Shown here: positions 18,500 through 28,301 of the stretch, piece by piece
How positions within the stretch are numbered: the first letter of the stretch is position 1
Layout: the number at the start of each line of letters is the position of its first letter
Sequence record: PQ821640
Direction: 5' to 3' (one strand)
Origin: Escherichia phage SD2
Length of the DNA: 64,000 nt
Program-made: the position numbers and the translations under genes
The notes under the pieces: model-generated
Told to the model about the DNA's origin: nothing
The model's input: only the letters and a program-made list of their open reading frames with translations
Database searches by the model: none

Positions 18500-18934
18500 T
18501 TAGTTTAAAATTTCTTTTGCAATGGTAGAAGCAAGTTTTCCATCATATTGATTCGGATACTCTGCTTTAAGGTGTTTCATCATATCTGGCATTTTCTTGC
18601 CTGTCAAGGCAAATTCTTCAGCAATAGCGCGAAGGTCATCTTCAGATAGCATTTCTGGTAAATATTTTTCCAGAGTGGTGATATCACGCATAGCTCGCTC
18701 ACATTTGCTAAGGGAAGCATTAACTTTCTTAAGTGAGTCTAGTTCCTCTTTAGCGTGTGCAATACCAATCTTAACAATGTTAATCATAATATCGTCTTCT
18801 GATTTGTTTAGATTTGCCTTTTGAGTACGAGCAAGGTCAAACTCACCAATAATATTAGTTAACAAAGCAAAAGCACCCTTATCGGTTGTACGTGCTAAGA
18901 TACGATCTGCTTTCATTTGTGTCACAATAGACAT
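18500..18934 (-). CDS. GatB/YqeY-domain protein
   Basis: 144 aa; C-terminal YLPEMLSEDDL...DGKLAS pattern resembles the YqeY family. Confidence 0.5.
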   Translation of the reverse strand: MSIVTQMKADRILARTTDKGAFALLTNIIGEFDLARTQKANLNKSEDDIMINIVKIGIAHAKEELDSLKKVNASLSKCERAMRDITTLEKYLPEMLSEDDLRAIAEEFALTGKKMPDMMKHLKAEYPNQYDGKLASTIAKEILN

Positions 18935-18946
18935 TCTATTCTCCTC

Positions 18947-19519
18947 TTATTTGCTAATGCTTTGAATGTTATTTACAACACGGTTTATTGCCAGTGAAGC
19001 CCTAGGCTCTGCAATACCTGTTGCATAGATATAAGGATGACCTTTTGGAGACTCCCTCATACCGAATGAACCTAATTCTAAACCATATTCATCCTCTACG
19101 TCAACCCCAATATTAGTGGGTACTAAATATGTTTTAACTCCATAATAAGTAGAGAAGAAACAACGCATAGCGTTAGCATACTCTTCAATTGTAGCATCAG
19201 GGTAGAACTCAATCAACTCCAATTTCAAGAAAATATTAAAATGGGTATCATCTAAATTTTCTTCTGTACGGTAACATGGCGTTAGTGCCATATATGGATT
19301 ACCTGCTGCAAATTCAAAACCATCCTTCTCCATTTGCAGGAAAGATTGTTCTGCACTAGCTACATAGTATTTACCGTTAGGATGCCCTAATGGGCGATCC
19401 TCTTTATTTTCTGGTAGTGTGTACGCCAGTATATCAGCATCCACGAGATATGGAACTTCTAACATTTGTGCAAATCGACCATAGTAATCAATAGCTTGAG
19501 CTATTACTGCAACATTCAT
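18947..19519 (-). CDS. hypothetical protein
   Basis: ORF track 190 aa. Confidence 0.5.
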   Translation of the reverse strand: MNVAVIAQAIDYYGRFAQMLEVPYLVDADILAYTLPENKEDRPLGHPNGKYYVASAEQSFLQMEKDGFEFAAGNPYMALTPCYRTEENLDDTHFNIFLKLELIEFYPDATIEEYANAMRCFFSTYYGVKTYLVPTNIGVDVEDEYGLELGSFGMRESPKGHPYIYATGIAEPRASLAINRVVNNIQSISK

Positions 19520-19767
19520 GATCGACCTCCATTGCGGAATGCACGTTTAGTAATGTTTGACATAGTGATCAAATCTTGAAGCGTCATAGCAGGAAAATGC
19601 TGTTCAAGAACACCTTCAACAGCGCCTACAATATCTGATAACTCAATAAGTTGCATCAGCTTGCAATCTTGATCAATAGCATCTTGAAGTTCATAAAGCT
19701 CTTCTTGAATCTTAGCAACAGAACCATATTCCTCTTTGCTAATCTCCTTCAAATGATACCCTGCCAC
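19516..19767 (-). CDS. hypothetical protein (weak MazG-like pattern)
   Basis: 83 aa; EELYELQDAI resembles MazG EExGEL motif; tentative. Confidence 0.35.
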   Translation of the reverse strand: MAGYHLKEISKEEYGSVAKIQEELYELQDAIDQDCKLMQLIELSDIVGAVEGVLEQHFPAMTLQDLITMSNITKRAFRNGGRS

Positions 19768-19777
19768 TTTAACCCCC

Positions 19778-22552
19778 TTAGTTTACCAGTTTATTTATGT
19801 CTGGTAAAAGATTTATTTCACCTAAGAAATCACCTTCACCTTCCTCTAGCCAACTTTCATATGCTTGTGCATGATTATAGTTACCATCAAAAGAATCTGC
19901 AACAAATTTTTCTACAGTTTTTCGAGATGTGCCAGCGCCAAATACACCAAGTTTAATACCATTGATCGGTAAAGTGGTGCTTGTGGGTACTTTCTCTGTT
20001 GCAACACGGTTGATATCTATAATCTCCTGTACGGTTGTATTCCATTGTAAGCATTTAACACAACGGGTGTGCGCTACATACAGTAGGTTTCGCTCTGCCT
20101 CTTCTAGTCCTACCCATTCACCAGTCTTTTTATCATAGTTGGAAGGAAAATCATTAGCAACAATAACCTGATCCCACTCCAAACCTTTAGACTTATGTGC
20201 TGTAGTCAGTGTGACTTTTGCTGTAGGAGAATTTCTATGCGTTCTAAGTGTATGTGCTATAGTGTTTGCCTTACCAGAAACTACAATGTTTAACAAGCGT
20301 TTAGCATCTGGATCAGCCTCTGCACACTCAACAAATTCATTCCAGTCTGCGTAAGGTAATACAGTTTCATGTTTTACTTTCTCAATATCTCCTCTTCGAA
20401 GAGCATTAACACTATCTACCATAGAGATAAAATCCCTGGTATCTACGTTAATAATAATTTCTTCCCCATCTGCAATACGATCCATTGCCTCCATAAGCAA
20501 GGTTAAATTCTTGCGAAAGATGATAGTGTAAGGTTTTGTATAGTCTACAACATCTGATTTGTAGCTACCTACTACAGTATCAAAGCCTTTACCAACCAAA
20601 GGATGACGCAAAGGTTCTTTATCACTTAAAATCATATTCGCAATGTTTGCCACTTTGGGGCCAAAACGGAAGCAAGCAGTTAATGGAAGCTCTGCCCCAT
20701 ACTTAGCTGTTTCAATCATCATATTAGAGCTACCTCTAAATTGATAAATGCAGTTATGGCTAAGAATTTCATTGCCAAAGAAGTTAGCAGTATCCTCTAC
20801 TTCAATATCATAATAGATACCATCACTATCTACAATGTCCACAATTTCTTCTGCCGTTACAGTATCACCATCTTTTACCAATACAGACATGCCTTTAAAC
20901 AAACCCGCTGCCGGAATTAAATTATATTTGGCGGTGTTCACAGAGGACATGCATTCTTTTAAAGATGCAAACGGAACTATTTCAAGGATCTTTTGTGCAA
21001 AACTCAATGCTTCACGATAAGAGTTGAAATATTTACGTACACGGTAACGACCTTCCAATTTAGCAACACTCACGCTTACACCTGCTTCAATGAGTGAAGC
21101 ATAGATTGGCATTTCACTTTCTGTCCACTCAAAGCTAACTTGTGTTCCTTTACAACTTTGTGCTCGCAAAGTCACTGTTAACATTTTTCTTTCATCTACT
21201 GCACAATTGATGCTGTGCCAGTGTGGATAAGCAAAATGATAATCTTTATCCTCTAAAAGTTTAAAACCATTTTGTCCGAATTGTTCAAAGATGTTGTTGA
21301 TTCTTTCTTGATTAATACCGCGTGAACTTGCTTCAAATACACAAGTAGGAATGCCATATTGTAAACTGTATGCCATTTCTTTTTCCATAGCAGCTTCACG
21401 GTTTTCAACAATATCCAACACCCATAACTTCTGTGCTTTTTCAGAACGTGTACGTTGCCCCAGTTTAGAAAAACCTTCTTTATCATCGAATTTGTTAGTG
21501 ATCCCTACTCGGAAGCCTAAATCTTTTCTCCACATTAGGTATACCACCATCTGATCATCTTTCAGAACATAAGGTGAAGCCCAAATACGATGGTTATGTG
21601 TCATATCTAAAGTCTTACCTTTAGCAGTAATAACATTCCTACCTTTTGTACGTGTAGATAAAGTCTTATTTGTTACTTTTCTAAATGTAACTTTACCGTT
21701 AGAATAAGACTCTACCTTATCACCTATTTGCAGGTCTTTCATTGTAACCTGACCATTTTCGGTATTAAGTACCGTGTTTTCTGACACACATTGGAATTCA
21801 TCACCAACTACCACAATTTGTTTTGCAGATTTAGCATTTCGCAGAATAGACAAGAATGCAGGGTTAACATCCTGGAATTCATCCCCAAAAATAATGTCAT
21901 AACCAAGATCAGCACCAGACAATTCAAACAATTTTACATAGGTGTCGTGCGTCATCAAAGTATCTGTGTTAGGGTCAATGCGCTCTCGCCACAATTGTTT
22001 TGCATACTTAACTACTTCTGTAATTAGTTTGTGTTCGTTAATACCTTTTCTTTTAATATCTGCAAGATGTACACTAGGAAAATGTTTACGGCTGATAAAA
22101 GGATCATCCGAAAATTCAAACTTACCTACGGTTTGCTTGATCATTAAACCAATCATAGCACGAGTTAAAAGTGTTTTCCCTCGTTTATCAATAAGATTAT
22201 TAATCTTAAATTTCTTTGCTATCTCACTACCTGTACCTGCAACGTTAACATACTGTCCTTCTGGTCGGGACAGTTTTGCACGTAAACGATGATCCAGGAA
22301 TTGATAGCAAATGGAATGCAATGTACGGCATTCTACATTTGGTGGCATCTTACGCCGTGCTTCTTCTGCCATGCTTTTATTGAAAGCTAAGTAAAGAATG
22401 CGATCTTCTGTACTGTTAGCCAGCAAATAAAGTGTTGACGTTTTTCCTGATCCAGATTTAGCTTGGATAGTTAAAAACCGATGATCTGGAAAAGCCTCCT
22501 TAATAGCTGTTTGCTCTTCTGTTGGAGTAAAACTCAACTCTTTCTTAGCCAT
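19778..22552 (-). CDS. UvrD-like SF1 DNA helicase interrupted by an intein
   Basis: Start at MAKKELSF (RBS AAGAGAGG); Walker A AKSGSGKTS, motif II IIFGDEFQDV; motif III GDEFQ / CIYQFRG is split by a 346-aa insertion. Confidence 0.8.
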   Translation of the reverse strand: MAKKELSFTPTEEQTAIKEAFPDHRFLTIQAKSGSGKTSTLYLLANSTEDRILYLAFNKSMAEEARRKMPPNVECRTLHSICYQFLDHRLRAKLSRPEGQYVNVAGTGSEIAKKFKINNLIDKRGKTLLTRAMIGLMIKQTVGKFEFSDDPFISRKHFPSVHLADIKRKGINEHKLITEVVKYAKQLWRERIDPNTDTLMTHDTYVKLFELSGADLGYDIIFGDEFQDVNPAFLSILRNAKSAKQIVVVGDEFQCVSENTVLNTENGQVTMKDLQIGDKVESYSNGKVTFRKVTNKTLSTRTKGRNVITAKGKTLDMTHNHRIWASPYVLKDDQMVVYLMWRKDLGFRVGITNKFDDKEGFSKLGQRTRSEKAQKLWVLDIVENREAAMEKEMAYSLQYGIPTCVFEASSRGINQERINNIFEQFGQNGFKLLEDKDYHFAYPHWHSINCAVDERKMLTVTLRAQSCKGTQVSFEWTESEMPIYASLIEAGVSVSVAKLEGRYRVRKYFNSYREALSFAQKILEIVPFASLKECMSSVNTAKYNLIPAAGLFKGMSVLVKDGDTVTAEEIVDIVDSDGIYYDIEVEDTANFFGNEILSHNCIYQFRGSSNMMIETAKYGAELPLTACFRFGPKVANIANMILSDKEPLRHPLVGKGFDTVVGSYKSDVVDYTKPYTIIFRKNLTLLMEAMDRIADGEEIIINVDTRDFISMVDSVNALRRGDIEKVKHETVLPYADWNEFVECAEADPDAKRLLNIVVSGKANTIAHTLRTHRNSPTAKVTLTTAHKSKGLEWDQVIVANDFPSNYDKKTGEWVGLEEAERNLLYVAHTRCVKCLQWNTTVQEIIDINRVATEKVPTSTTLPINGIKLGVFGAGTSRKTVEKFVADSFDGNYNHAQAYESWLEEGEGDFLGEINLLPDINKLVN
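20753..21790 (-). mobile_element. intein (about 346 aa) inside helicase motif III
   Basis: Insertion begins with Cys (CVSENTVL, Hint block A-like) and ends SHN followed by Cys (+1); flanking exteins reconstitute GDEFQCIYQFRG. Confidence 0.75.
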
Positions 22553-22553
22553 T

Positions 22554-23030
22554 TCAACCTCTCTTAATTTGTTTAACAAGCATAGGAACAAAATCTCGTT
22601 TTAAAATTTGTTCAATAATATGATCAGGTAGCTGTTGGAAATTATAATTAAACGCTACTGTCTCACCTTTAGGTGTTTCTACCCGCACATATAGCATGTT
22701 ACGAAGTTTATCCACTTGTGCTGTATATTCTAAACCATGTAATTGATGCATTGCAAACATCAAATCATCAGTTTCAGTTTGGAATCTATCCCTTGTTTGC
22801 ATCAAGGATAAGGTAAAAGGTAGATTTTCCCTAAGAGCCACCTTCTTAGGAATTAGTGAAGGGAAATACTCCCCAATAACTTCCTGTGTAAGCTGAATAC
22901 ACTCTTTTTCAAGTTGGTTTTGTTCCTTAAGTTCACAAACACTTTTTTGTAAAGTGTTAACCTCTTTTTGCAAAGCTGCTAGTTGAGCACTTAACTTTCT
23001 TTTTTGATTACGACCAAAACGTTTAGACAT
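22554..23030 (-). CDS. hypothetical coiled-coil protein
   Basis: ORF track 158 aa. Confidence 0.5.
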   Translation of the reverse strand: MSKRFGRNQKRKLSAQLAALQKEVNTLQKSVCELKEQNQLEKECIQLTQEVIGEYFPSLIPKKVALRENLPFTLSLMQTRDRFQTETDDLMFAMHQLHGLEYTAQVDKLRNMLYVRVETPKGETVAFNYNFQQLPDHIIEQILKRDFVPMLVKQIKRG

Positions 23031-23038
23031 ATTTCCCC

Positions 23039-23554
23039 CTAGTAAAACCCCTTAACAATTTGTATTAACTCGGCACAACGGTTGACCAACTTTTCATCGT
23101 ACAATACACGTTGTGGCATATGTTGTATAATATACTCCATTTGCTCATGCCATGTCCACTTTTCTTTTTTGTCCGGGATAACATCACTAGCACGAGAATT
23201 ATCTTTTAATGTTTGTATAATCCAATTGCTTGGAAAGTGCTCTCCACCTTTTTTAAATGGTTTATAGTGGCCTAGAGTGAATTGAGAATCCCCTGTTAGA
23301 GCACCCAATTTATTTAGATGGATAATCAAACTACGAAACACGTAGTATTCATAGATGTTATCCACCGTATAGCAAGCATAATATTTCAAGATGCCCTTAT
23401 CTCGCGGATACTTACCAACATCCAGATTACACCAGTTGACATTTTCTGGATCATAGTTGTGTTCCTTAAGCCATATTTCTCTTTCATCAAAGTCTGGGTA
23501 TATTACCGCCCTGCTTACAGAGTCAACAAGTGGAGATTGAGCATCAAAAAACAT
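23039..23554 (-). CDS. hypothetical protein
   Basis: ORF track 171 aa. Confidence 0.5.
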   Translation of the reverse strand: MFFDAQSPLVDSVSRAVIYPDFDEREIWLKEHNYDPENVNWCNLDVGKYPRDKGILKYYACYTVDNIYEYYVFRSLIIHLNKLGALTGDSQFTLGHYKPFKKGGEHFPSNWIIQTLKDNSRASDVIPDKKEKWTWHEQMEYIIQHMPQRVLYDEKLVNRCAELIQIVKGFY

Positions 23555-23575
23555 TATATTTTCCTTATTGGTTTA

Positions 23576-23941
23576 TTAAACGTTTTCTAAATCTTTTAAG
23601 GCATTACCCAACGTTAGAACAATAACATCGTTTGCTGCCTCTTCCCCATTGATATTGGTGAAATTTGGTGTGACAAAAGTAACCATATAAAACTCGTCCA
23701 CCTGGAAGACAGCAATAACACCGTCCATCTTAACATCTTGACGAAAGGAAAAACCAATCATCTTCTCTTGCAAAGGCATATCCCCTTCCTTCATTACTGC
23801 CAGGGAGTTTTCAGGAATGTTATATTTATCTGCTCCGATGTAGATGTACGTAATGTTATCTTTATCGTGATGATACAGGGTTGCTTTTTCCATATCTAAA
23901 CCTGACAGATCAAATACGTTAATTTCTTGTGTAGTCTTCAT
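23576..23941 (-). CDS. hypothetical protein
   Basis: Track ORF with start moved to internal Met (GGGAGG RBS). Confidence 0.45.
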   Translation of the reverse strand: MKTTQEINVFDLSGLDMEKATLYHHDKDNITYIYIGADKYNIPENSLAVMKEGDMPLQEKMIGFSFRQDVKMDGVIAVFQVDEFYMVTFVTPNFTNINGEEAANDVIVLTLGNALKDLENV

Positions 23942-24305
23942 AAATATCCTCCCAAATCCAATAATCATCTGTGTAAGTAGGATGCCTTTTATCCCACTCT
24001 GTTCTAGCCCAAGCAACCGCTGCTACCAATACATCACCATGACAAGGTTGAGGTGAGCAGAAGCAAACTAAGTCTTTCCCTTCTAATTCTAACAAATCCT
24101 CAAGAGTGATTTTACCACAACGAATTTGTTCCCACAACCACTCTTTATATCTTTGTATAGTTGATCCTCGTGGTTCATCATCCTTTAACTTAAAAGGATT
24201 TGCAAACTTTGAGGCTTTTAACCCCATATGAGGCATAGCTCTGCCAATGTACACTGCACCTTCAGGTATTACTTTACCTAAATGGTAGAAATTTAATACT
24301 TTCAT
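23919..24305 (-). CDS. hypothetical protein (DUF4326-like C-terminal motif)
   Basis: LVCFCSPQPCHGDVL motif; start coupled to upstream stop. Confidence 0.4.
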   Translation of the reverse strand: MKVLNFYHLGKVIPEGAVYIGRAMPHMGLKASKFANPFKLKDDEPRGSTIQRYKEWLWEQIRCGKITLEDLLELEGKDLVCFCSPQPCHGDVLVAAVAWARTEWDKRHPTYTDDYWIWEDIYEDYTRN

Positions 24306-24306
24306 A

Positions 24307-24657
24307 TTAACCCAAACACATCTGTGCAATCAAGCCCTGTATAAATTTATTAGCTTCTTTACTGTCGTAATCAGTTTCTTCTGGATATCCATCTCCATCG
24401 TACACAACTGTACCTTCAATATACCCTGCCTCAATTAAGGCACGGATCATATCAAATTGCCAGCATGAGTTACCAAATGGACGTTTACCATTAAAACACT
24501 CTTCTTCTCTCCATAACGTAGAGAGTAGTTGTCGGAAATATTCCCGTACAGTGACAGTACCAAGATCTGAATCCTCAAACATAACATCCAGGGCATCAGG
24601 ATTGCTTTTCTCTACATAAGGAATATATTTAACACCATTAATAGTTACATCAAGCAT
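24307..24657 (-). CDS. hypothetical protein
   Basis: ORF track 116 aa. Confidence 0.5.
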   Translation of the reverse strand: MLDVTINGVKYIPYVEKSNPDALDVMFEDSDLGTVTVREYFRQLLSTLWREEECFNGKRPFGNSCWQFDMIRALIEAGYIEGTVVYDGDGYPEETDYDSKEANKFIQGLIAQMCLG

Positions 24658-25020
24658 TTATTTCTCCTTATCATCATATTCTAGGAACATATCTGCACGA
24701 TATGCTTTACGCTCTTCAAACTTAGCAGGATCTACAACAATAAGCAATACAAGGTTAACATCTAAATACTTCTTAACAAATAGAAATAAATCTTTTCCAC
24801 AGTTAAAACCTACACCAGTATAGGCATCCCCATATTGATCTACTGATTTAATCTTCTTACTAACCGTACACTCTATGCTATTCTTTTCTTCTTGGTATAA
24901 GGCTTTCCCACCCCAATATGTAAAGAATTTAGTACCGTCAGCACCAAGTTTAAAACCTTCTGTTGCATGTCCAGCAAATGAAAGTAAACATAACCAAGTG
25001 ATCATCAGGTACTTTAGCAT
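24658..25020 (-). CDS. secreted/periplasmic hypothetical protein
   Basis: Start at MLKYLMITWLCLLSFAGHA signal peptide. Confidence 0.45.
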   Translation of the reverse strand: MLKYLMITWLCLLSFAGHATEGFKLGADGTKFFTYWGGKALYQEEKNSIECTVSKKIKSVDQYGDAYTGVGFNCGKDLFLFVKKYLDVNLVLLIVVDPAKFEERKAYRADMFLEYDDKEK

Positions 25021-25021
25021 T

Positions 25022-25504
25022 TTAACCACCCAATTGCAAATGTTTAGAAAGAACAATATCCCACTGATCACCACAACCGTTATCTATGCGGAACATAATG
25101 TACGTATCATCTTCTTCTACAACATATAACACCTCATAGGAATTACAACAGCCTTCCCAATTTTTAACAGCCTCTGGTGTATCATGTGTAAAAATTTCAT
25201 TACCATCATACGACCAAAACAAAGGGGTGAGGTTTTCGAACGTCAGTAAAGTAGGGTTTACTTCATCTTTAACTGCTTCCTCATATTCTTTATGTGTTTG
25301 TACTGCTTTAGTTAGTGTACTCATGTCTATCTCCTTTTCTCCTTCTTGACTATGAAGGATAGCGAACTCTCTAAACTCCACCTCACGCCATGTTTTCAGG
25401 TAGTGCTTTATAATTTGATCAACATCTGCCTGTTCAACGTTACTTTTCAAGCAATAGTAGTCATGGTCTTCACCCATTCTACCCCATATGCTATACATTG
25501 TCAT
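25022..25504 (-). CDS. hypothetical protein
   Basis: ORF track 160 aa. Confidence 0.5.
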   Translation of the reverse strand: MTMYSIWGRMGEDHDYYCLKSNVEQADVDQIIKHYLKTWREVEFREFAILHSQEGEKEIDMSTLTKAVQTHKEYEEAVKDEVNPTLLTFENLTPLFWSYDGNEIFTHDTPEAVKNWEGCCNSYEVLYVVEEDDTYIMFRIDNGCGDQWDIVLSKHLQLGG

Positions 25505-25772
25505 CTGATTGATCCTTCACATTGTTCTTGGCATACACAGGAATAACATCATGGTGATCTTTATTACTTTCGTCTGTTAAAGCCCAAAACAACTTACCTG
25601 CCGGATGTTTAAAGATGTAAGCAATAGGTTCCTCTTCCTGTGCTTCTTTGCTACGGATGCCATCCCGCCAGGCAAGCCAAGTGTAGATCATCATCTCTTG
25701 ACGTTCTTCTTCATTAGGCCACAGATGGGGTAGAAAGTTTTTATCAAACCATTGCTTAAATTCTTCAGTCAT
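25491..25772 (-). CDS. hypothetical protein
   Basis: ORF track 93 aa. Confidence 0.45.
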   Translation of the reverse strand: MTEEFKQWFDKNFLPHLWPNEEERQEMMIYTWLAWRDGIRSKEAQEEEPIAYIFKHPAGKLFWALTDESNKDHHDVIPVYAKNNVKDQSDDNV

Positions 25773-25782
25773 AGTCTACTCC

Positions 25783-25947
25783 TTAGCGTACAAAGTTAAC
25801 TTCTGCTTCTTTCAACTTTGACACTTCTACATAACCACCATGATCATCTTTAATCCATTCTTTTCCTTTACGGATGATAACAGGGTAGGTAGAGTGAGTA
25901 AGTTTAGGTACAGATCTTTTTGTTTTAGTGATAGAAATGTTTTGCAT
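25783..25947 (-). CDS. small hypothetical protein
   Basis: Manually found ~54 aa ORF with AAGGAG RBS; coordinates approximate. Confidence 0.35.
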   Translation of the reverse strand: MQNISITKTKRSVPKLTHSTYPVIIRKGKEWIKDDHGGYVEVSKLKEAEVNFVR

Positions 25948-26007
25948 AGTAGTCTCCTTAGTAAATTTTACATAGAGTCTAGATTATTTAGTAGGTAGAG
26001 TCAATAA

Positions 26008-26274
26008 CTAATTACTGTTAGATCTGTACTCTGTCTTCCATTCACAATGGTAAACTTCAACAGGTTCTAACTTCCAGTGTTCAGGAACTAGTTCAGGACA
26101 ATATCTACAAAAGAGAAATAGATAGATAACTAAGACAGGTATTAAATAGTAAAATGGTATACGATCATAACCATACTTACGAGATAACATGTAGACATAT
26201 AGATAGGGTATAACAATTAATCCTATAACTATAAGTAAGAAGAGAAGTATAAACCTTAGTGTAGTAACATCCAT
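26008..26274 (-). CDS. small membrane protein
   Basis: ORF track 88 aa, two TM segments. Confidence 0.45.
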   Translation of the reverse strand: MDVTTLRFILLFLLIVIGLIVIPYLYVYMLSRKYGYDRIPFYYLIPVLVIYLFLFCRYCPELVPEHWKLEPVEVYHCEWKTEYRSNSN

Positions 26275-26293
26275 AGTATTCTCCTATACAGTA

Positions 26294-26413
26294 ATATACT
26301 CTGTTCCTGCCCCTCCATGAGTGACAGGAACAATATCTATAGAGAATACTAACTCGCTTCGCTCGTCACCTTTCAGGTTTAGGGTAGCATGTTTTTCTGA
26401 AAAAGTCAATACT
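26294..26413 (+). repeat. conserved noncoding element, copy A (hairpin + CTCGCTNTCGCTCG + TTAGGGTAGCATGTTTTT + GAAAAGT)
   Basis: About 70-120 bp shared with 51664-51760 in the same orientation; intergenic. Confidence 0.5.
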
Positions 26414-26438
26414 CTCCACAAAACTTTACAAAATACTT

Positions 26439-26711
26439 TTACATAGGTACAACAGAGTCTGTTTTGAAGTCGTACATATGATTTACACCTGTGATTTTTG
26501 ACATAGAGATTGCACGTTTAGCACCTGCAATTACCTGGTCTGTCTTCTTAATCTCTTCACGGAACTTACGTACAGTTAGAGAGAAGAAACGATGATCCAT
26601 CCATTGACGATTCACACGATCACGCTTGAAGTGACGGAAATCTTCAATCTGTTTATTGCGCAATCGGCGCAGTACATGCAATAATTTATAGTAAGGGTGT
26701 TTATTTTTCAT
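26439..26711 (-). CDS. hypothetical basic protein
   Basis: ORF track 90 aa. Confidence 0.45.
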   Translation of the reverse strand: MKNKHPYYKLLHVLRRLRNKQIEDFRHFKRDRVNRQWMDHRFFSLTVRKFREEIKKTDQVIAGAKRAISMSKITGVNHMYDFKTDSVVPM

Positions 26712-26714
26712 AAT

Positions 26715-27143
26715 TTATTCTCCAAATCGAAAATCGTCAATATCATCAAACCATACACAATGGCGAGTCCTTTCTTTTTCTGTTGCAGACATTGTTTCAA
26801 CAGCTTTAGGACTAAGCACAACAGGAATGTAACGAACAGGTCGTTCATAATAGTAGCCATACTTTTCTGTATTAGCTGCCTCAAAGACTTTACGGCGTTC
26901 TTCAAGATCTTCTATGGTGAATCCTACCATATAACCATCATGTTTGCTACCCCATCCTTCCTCACTTTCAACAATCGGGATATAAAAGCCGTTACGCGTC
27001 CCTGACGCTGGTTCCTCTTGAGCCTGAAGGCAAGCCTCCCATCCTGCTTTAAAGACGTTATAGAGCGATTTACGCACGTTATGAGTGCCGCTTTCGCTTG
27101 CTGGATAGAGTTCATTAAACTTGTCTTGGATTTGTTGTGTCAT
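26715..27143 (-). CDS. hypothetical protein
   Basis: ORF track 142 aa. Confidence 0.5.
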   Translation of the reverse strand: MTQQIQDKFNELYPASESGTHNVRKSLYNVFKAGWEACLQAQEEPASGTRNGFYIPIVESEEGWGSKHDGYMVGFTIEDLEERRKVFEAANTEKYGYYYERPVRYIPVVLSPKAVETMSATEKERTRHCVWFDDIDDFRFGE

Positions 27144-27286
27144 ACTCGCCCCTTAGTGATTATTTGACCAGCTAAACAAATAGCTTGTAGTACAATAAAG
27201 AAGTAGCCTAATTTTACACTACCCAATACCCAGAATGCAATGTTTGCAAACAAACAAAAAGTAATATTAAGTCTAAAGAATAACAT

Positions 27287-27487
27287 TTAATCCCCTTCAT
27301 ATTTAGGTAAAGGCATATATGCCACAATGGGAGGGTAATCAAAGTGAAAATGATGGTTCACCACAATAATCTTACCAGACATACTTTTATGCACTTCACA
27401 ATACCCTTTTCCACCATCTTCCATTACCACCACATACTCACCTAGTGGGATATCGTATGGATCTTCTACTTTTACCCATTCTGTCAT
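27287..27487 (-). CDS. hypothetical protein
   Basis: Track frame, start at internal Met overlapping upstream stop (ATGA). Confidence 0.4.
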   Translation of the reverse strand: MTEWVKVEDPYDIPLGEYVVVMEDGGKGYCEVHKSMSGKIIVVNHHFHFDYPPIVAYMPLPKYEGD

Positions 27488-27639
27488 TTTGTAGACTCCT
27501 CGTAGTAAGGTAAAGCCCTGATCAGTTGTTCTGAAGTGCCATTTTGCACCCACGTAACACCATTGTCAACAGAAACATACCCTTTTTTGTCAATAAATTT
27601 ACGCAGACAGCCAGTGAACTTATTTTTGTAGATAACCAT
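27484..27639 (-). CDS. small hypothetical protein
   Basis: Manually found ~51 aa ORF with AAGGAG RBS; approximate. Confidence 0.35.
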   Translation of the reverse strand: MVIYKNKFTGCLRKFIDKKGYVSVDNGVTWVQNGTSEQLIRALPYYEESTK

Positions 27640-27651
27640 CTTTACTCCTTG

Positions 27652-28005
27652 TTACATCCACAGGTTATGAAAATACTTAGCAAACAAAATACGACCTTCT
27701 AAACGATCTTGCCGTTGTTTTTCATTAACTTCTTCTGGTGGAGTTGAGTCCTTAAAAGAAGACTCCATTTTTTCAAGAATTTCTAACCAGTGTTCTGCTG
27801 CTCGTTCTTCCATATAAGGTAGATAGTCACCTTTAGCGTGTGGGTACATCCGACGAAGTAACCCACTAGGAATTTTAACATTGTTTGTGGCTATCACTTT
27901 TGCACGATACGCAGAAAGTGCATTGTAGATCAGTTTACTTAGTGTCACATCCAGATCAAGAAGATCACTCTCTTCAAATTGAATTTCATCGTGTACAATT
28001 TTCAT
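27652..28005 (-). CDS. hypothetical protein
   Basis: ORF track 117 aa. Confidence 0.5.
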   Translation of the reverse strand: MKIVHDEIQFEESDLLDLDVTLSKLIYNALSAYRAKVIATNNVKIPSGLLRRMYPHAKGDYLPYMEERAAEHWLEILEKMESSFKDSTPPEEVNEKQRQDRLEGRILFAKYFHNLWM

Positions 28006-28289
28006 CGTGCCTTCTCCCGATCTGCATCTAATTTCAACAAGAAATCTGTATACTCTTCCGAACCTTGGTGTAAAAACATGTGATAAGAGCTTACCAGTTT
28101 CTTCGTTGTCGTATAACGTTCCATTTCCCCAACAACACCTCCACCTAGTGTGTAGAGCACAATACCTTCAACTCCAACATAGGTTACTACTTCAACCAAG
28201 TCTGTGTTATCCCAATAGTAGTTAGGTGACACAATAAGATCGCCCACTGCCAGTTTAATGTTTGCTACTTCGTCTTGTGAATAATACAT
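28002..28289 (-). CDS. hypothetical protein
   Basis: ORF track 95 aa. Confidence 0.45.
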   Translation of the reverse strand: MYYSQDEVANIKLAVGDLIVSPNYYWDNTDLVEVVTYVGVEGIVLYTLGGGVVGEMERYTTTKKLVSSYHMFLHQGSEEYTDFLLKLDADREKAR

Positions 28290-28301
28290 TTGGTTCTCCT
28301 C

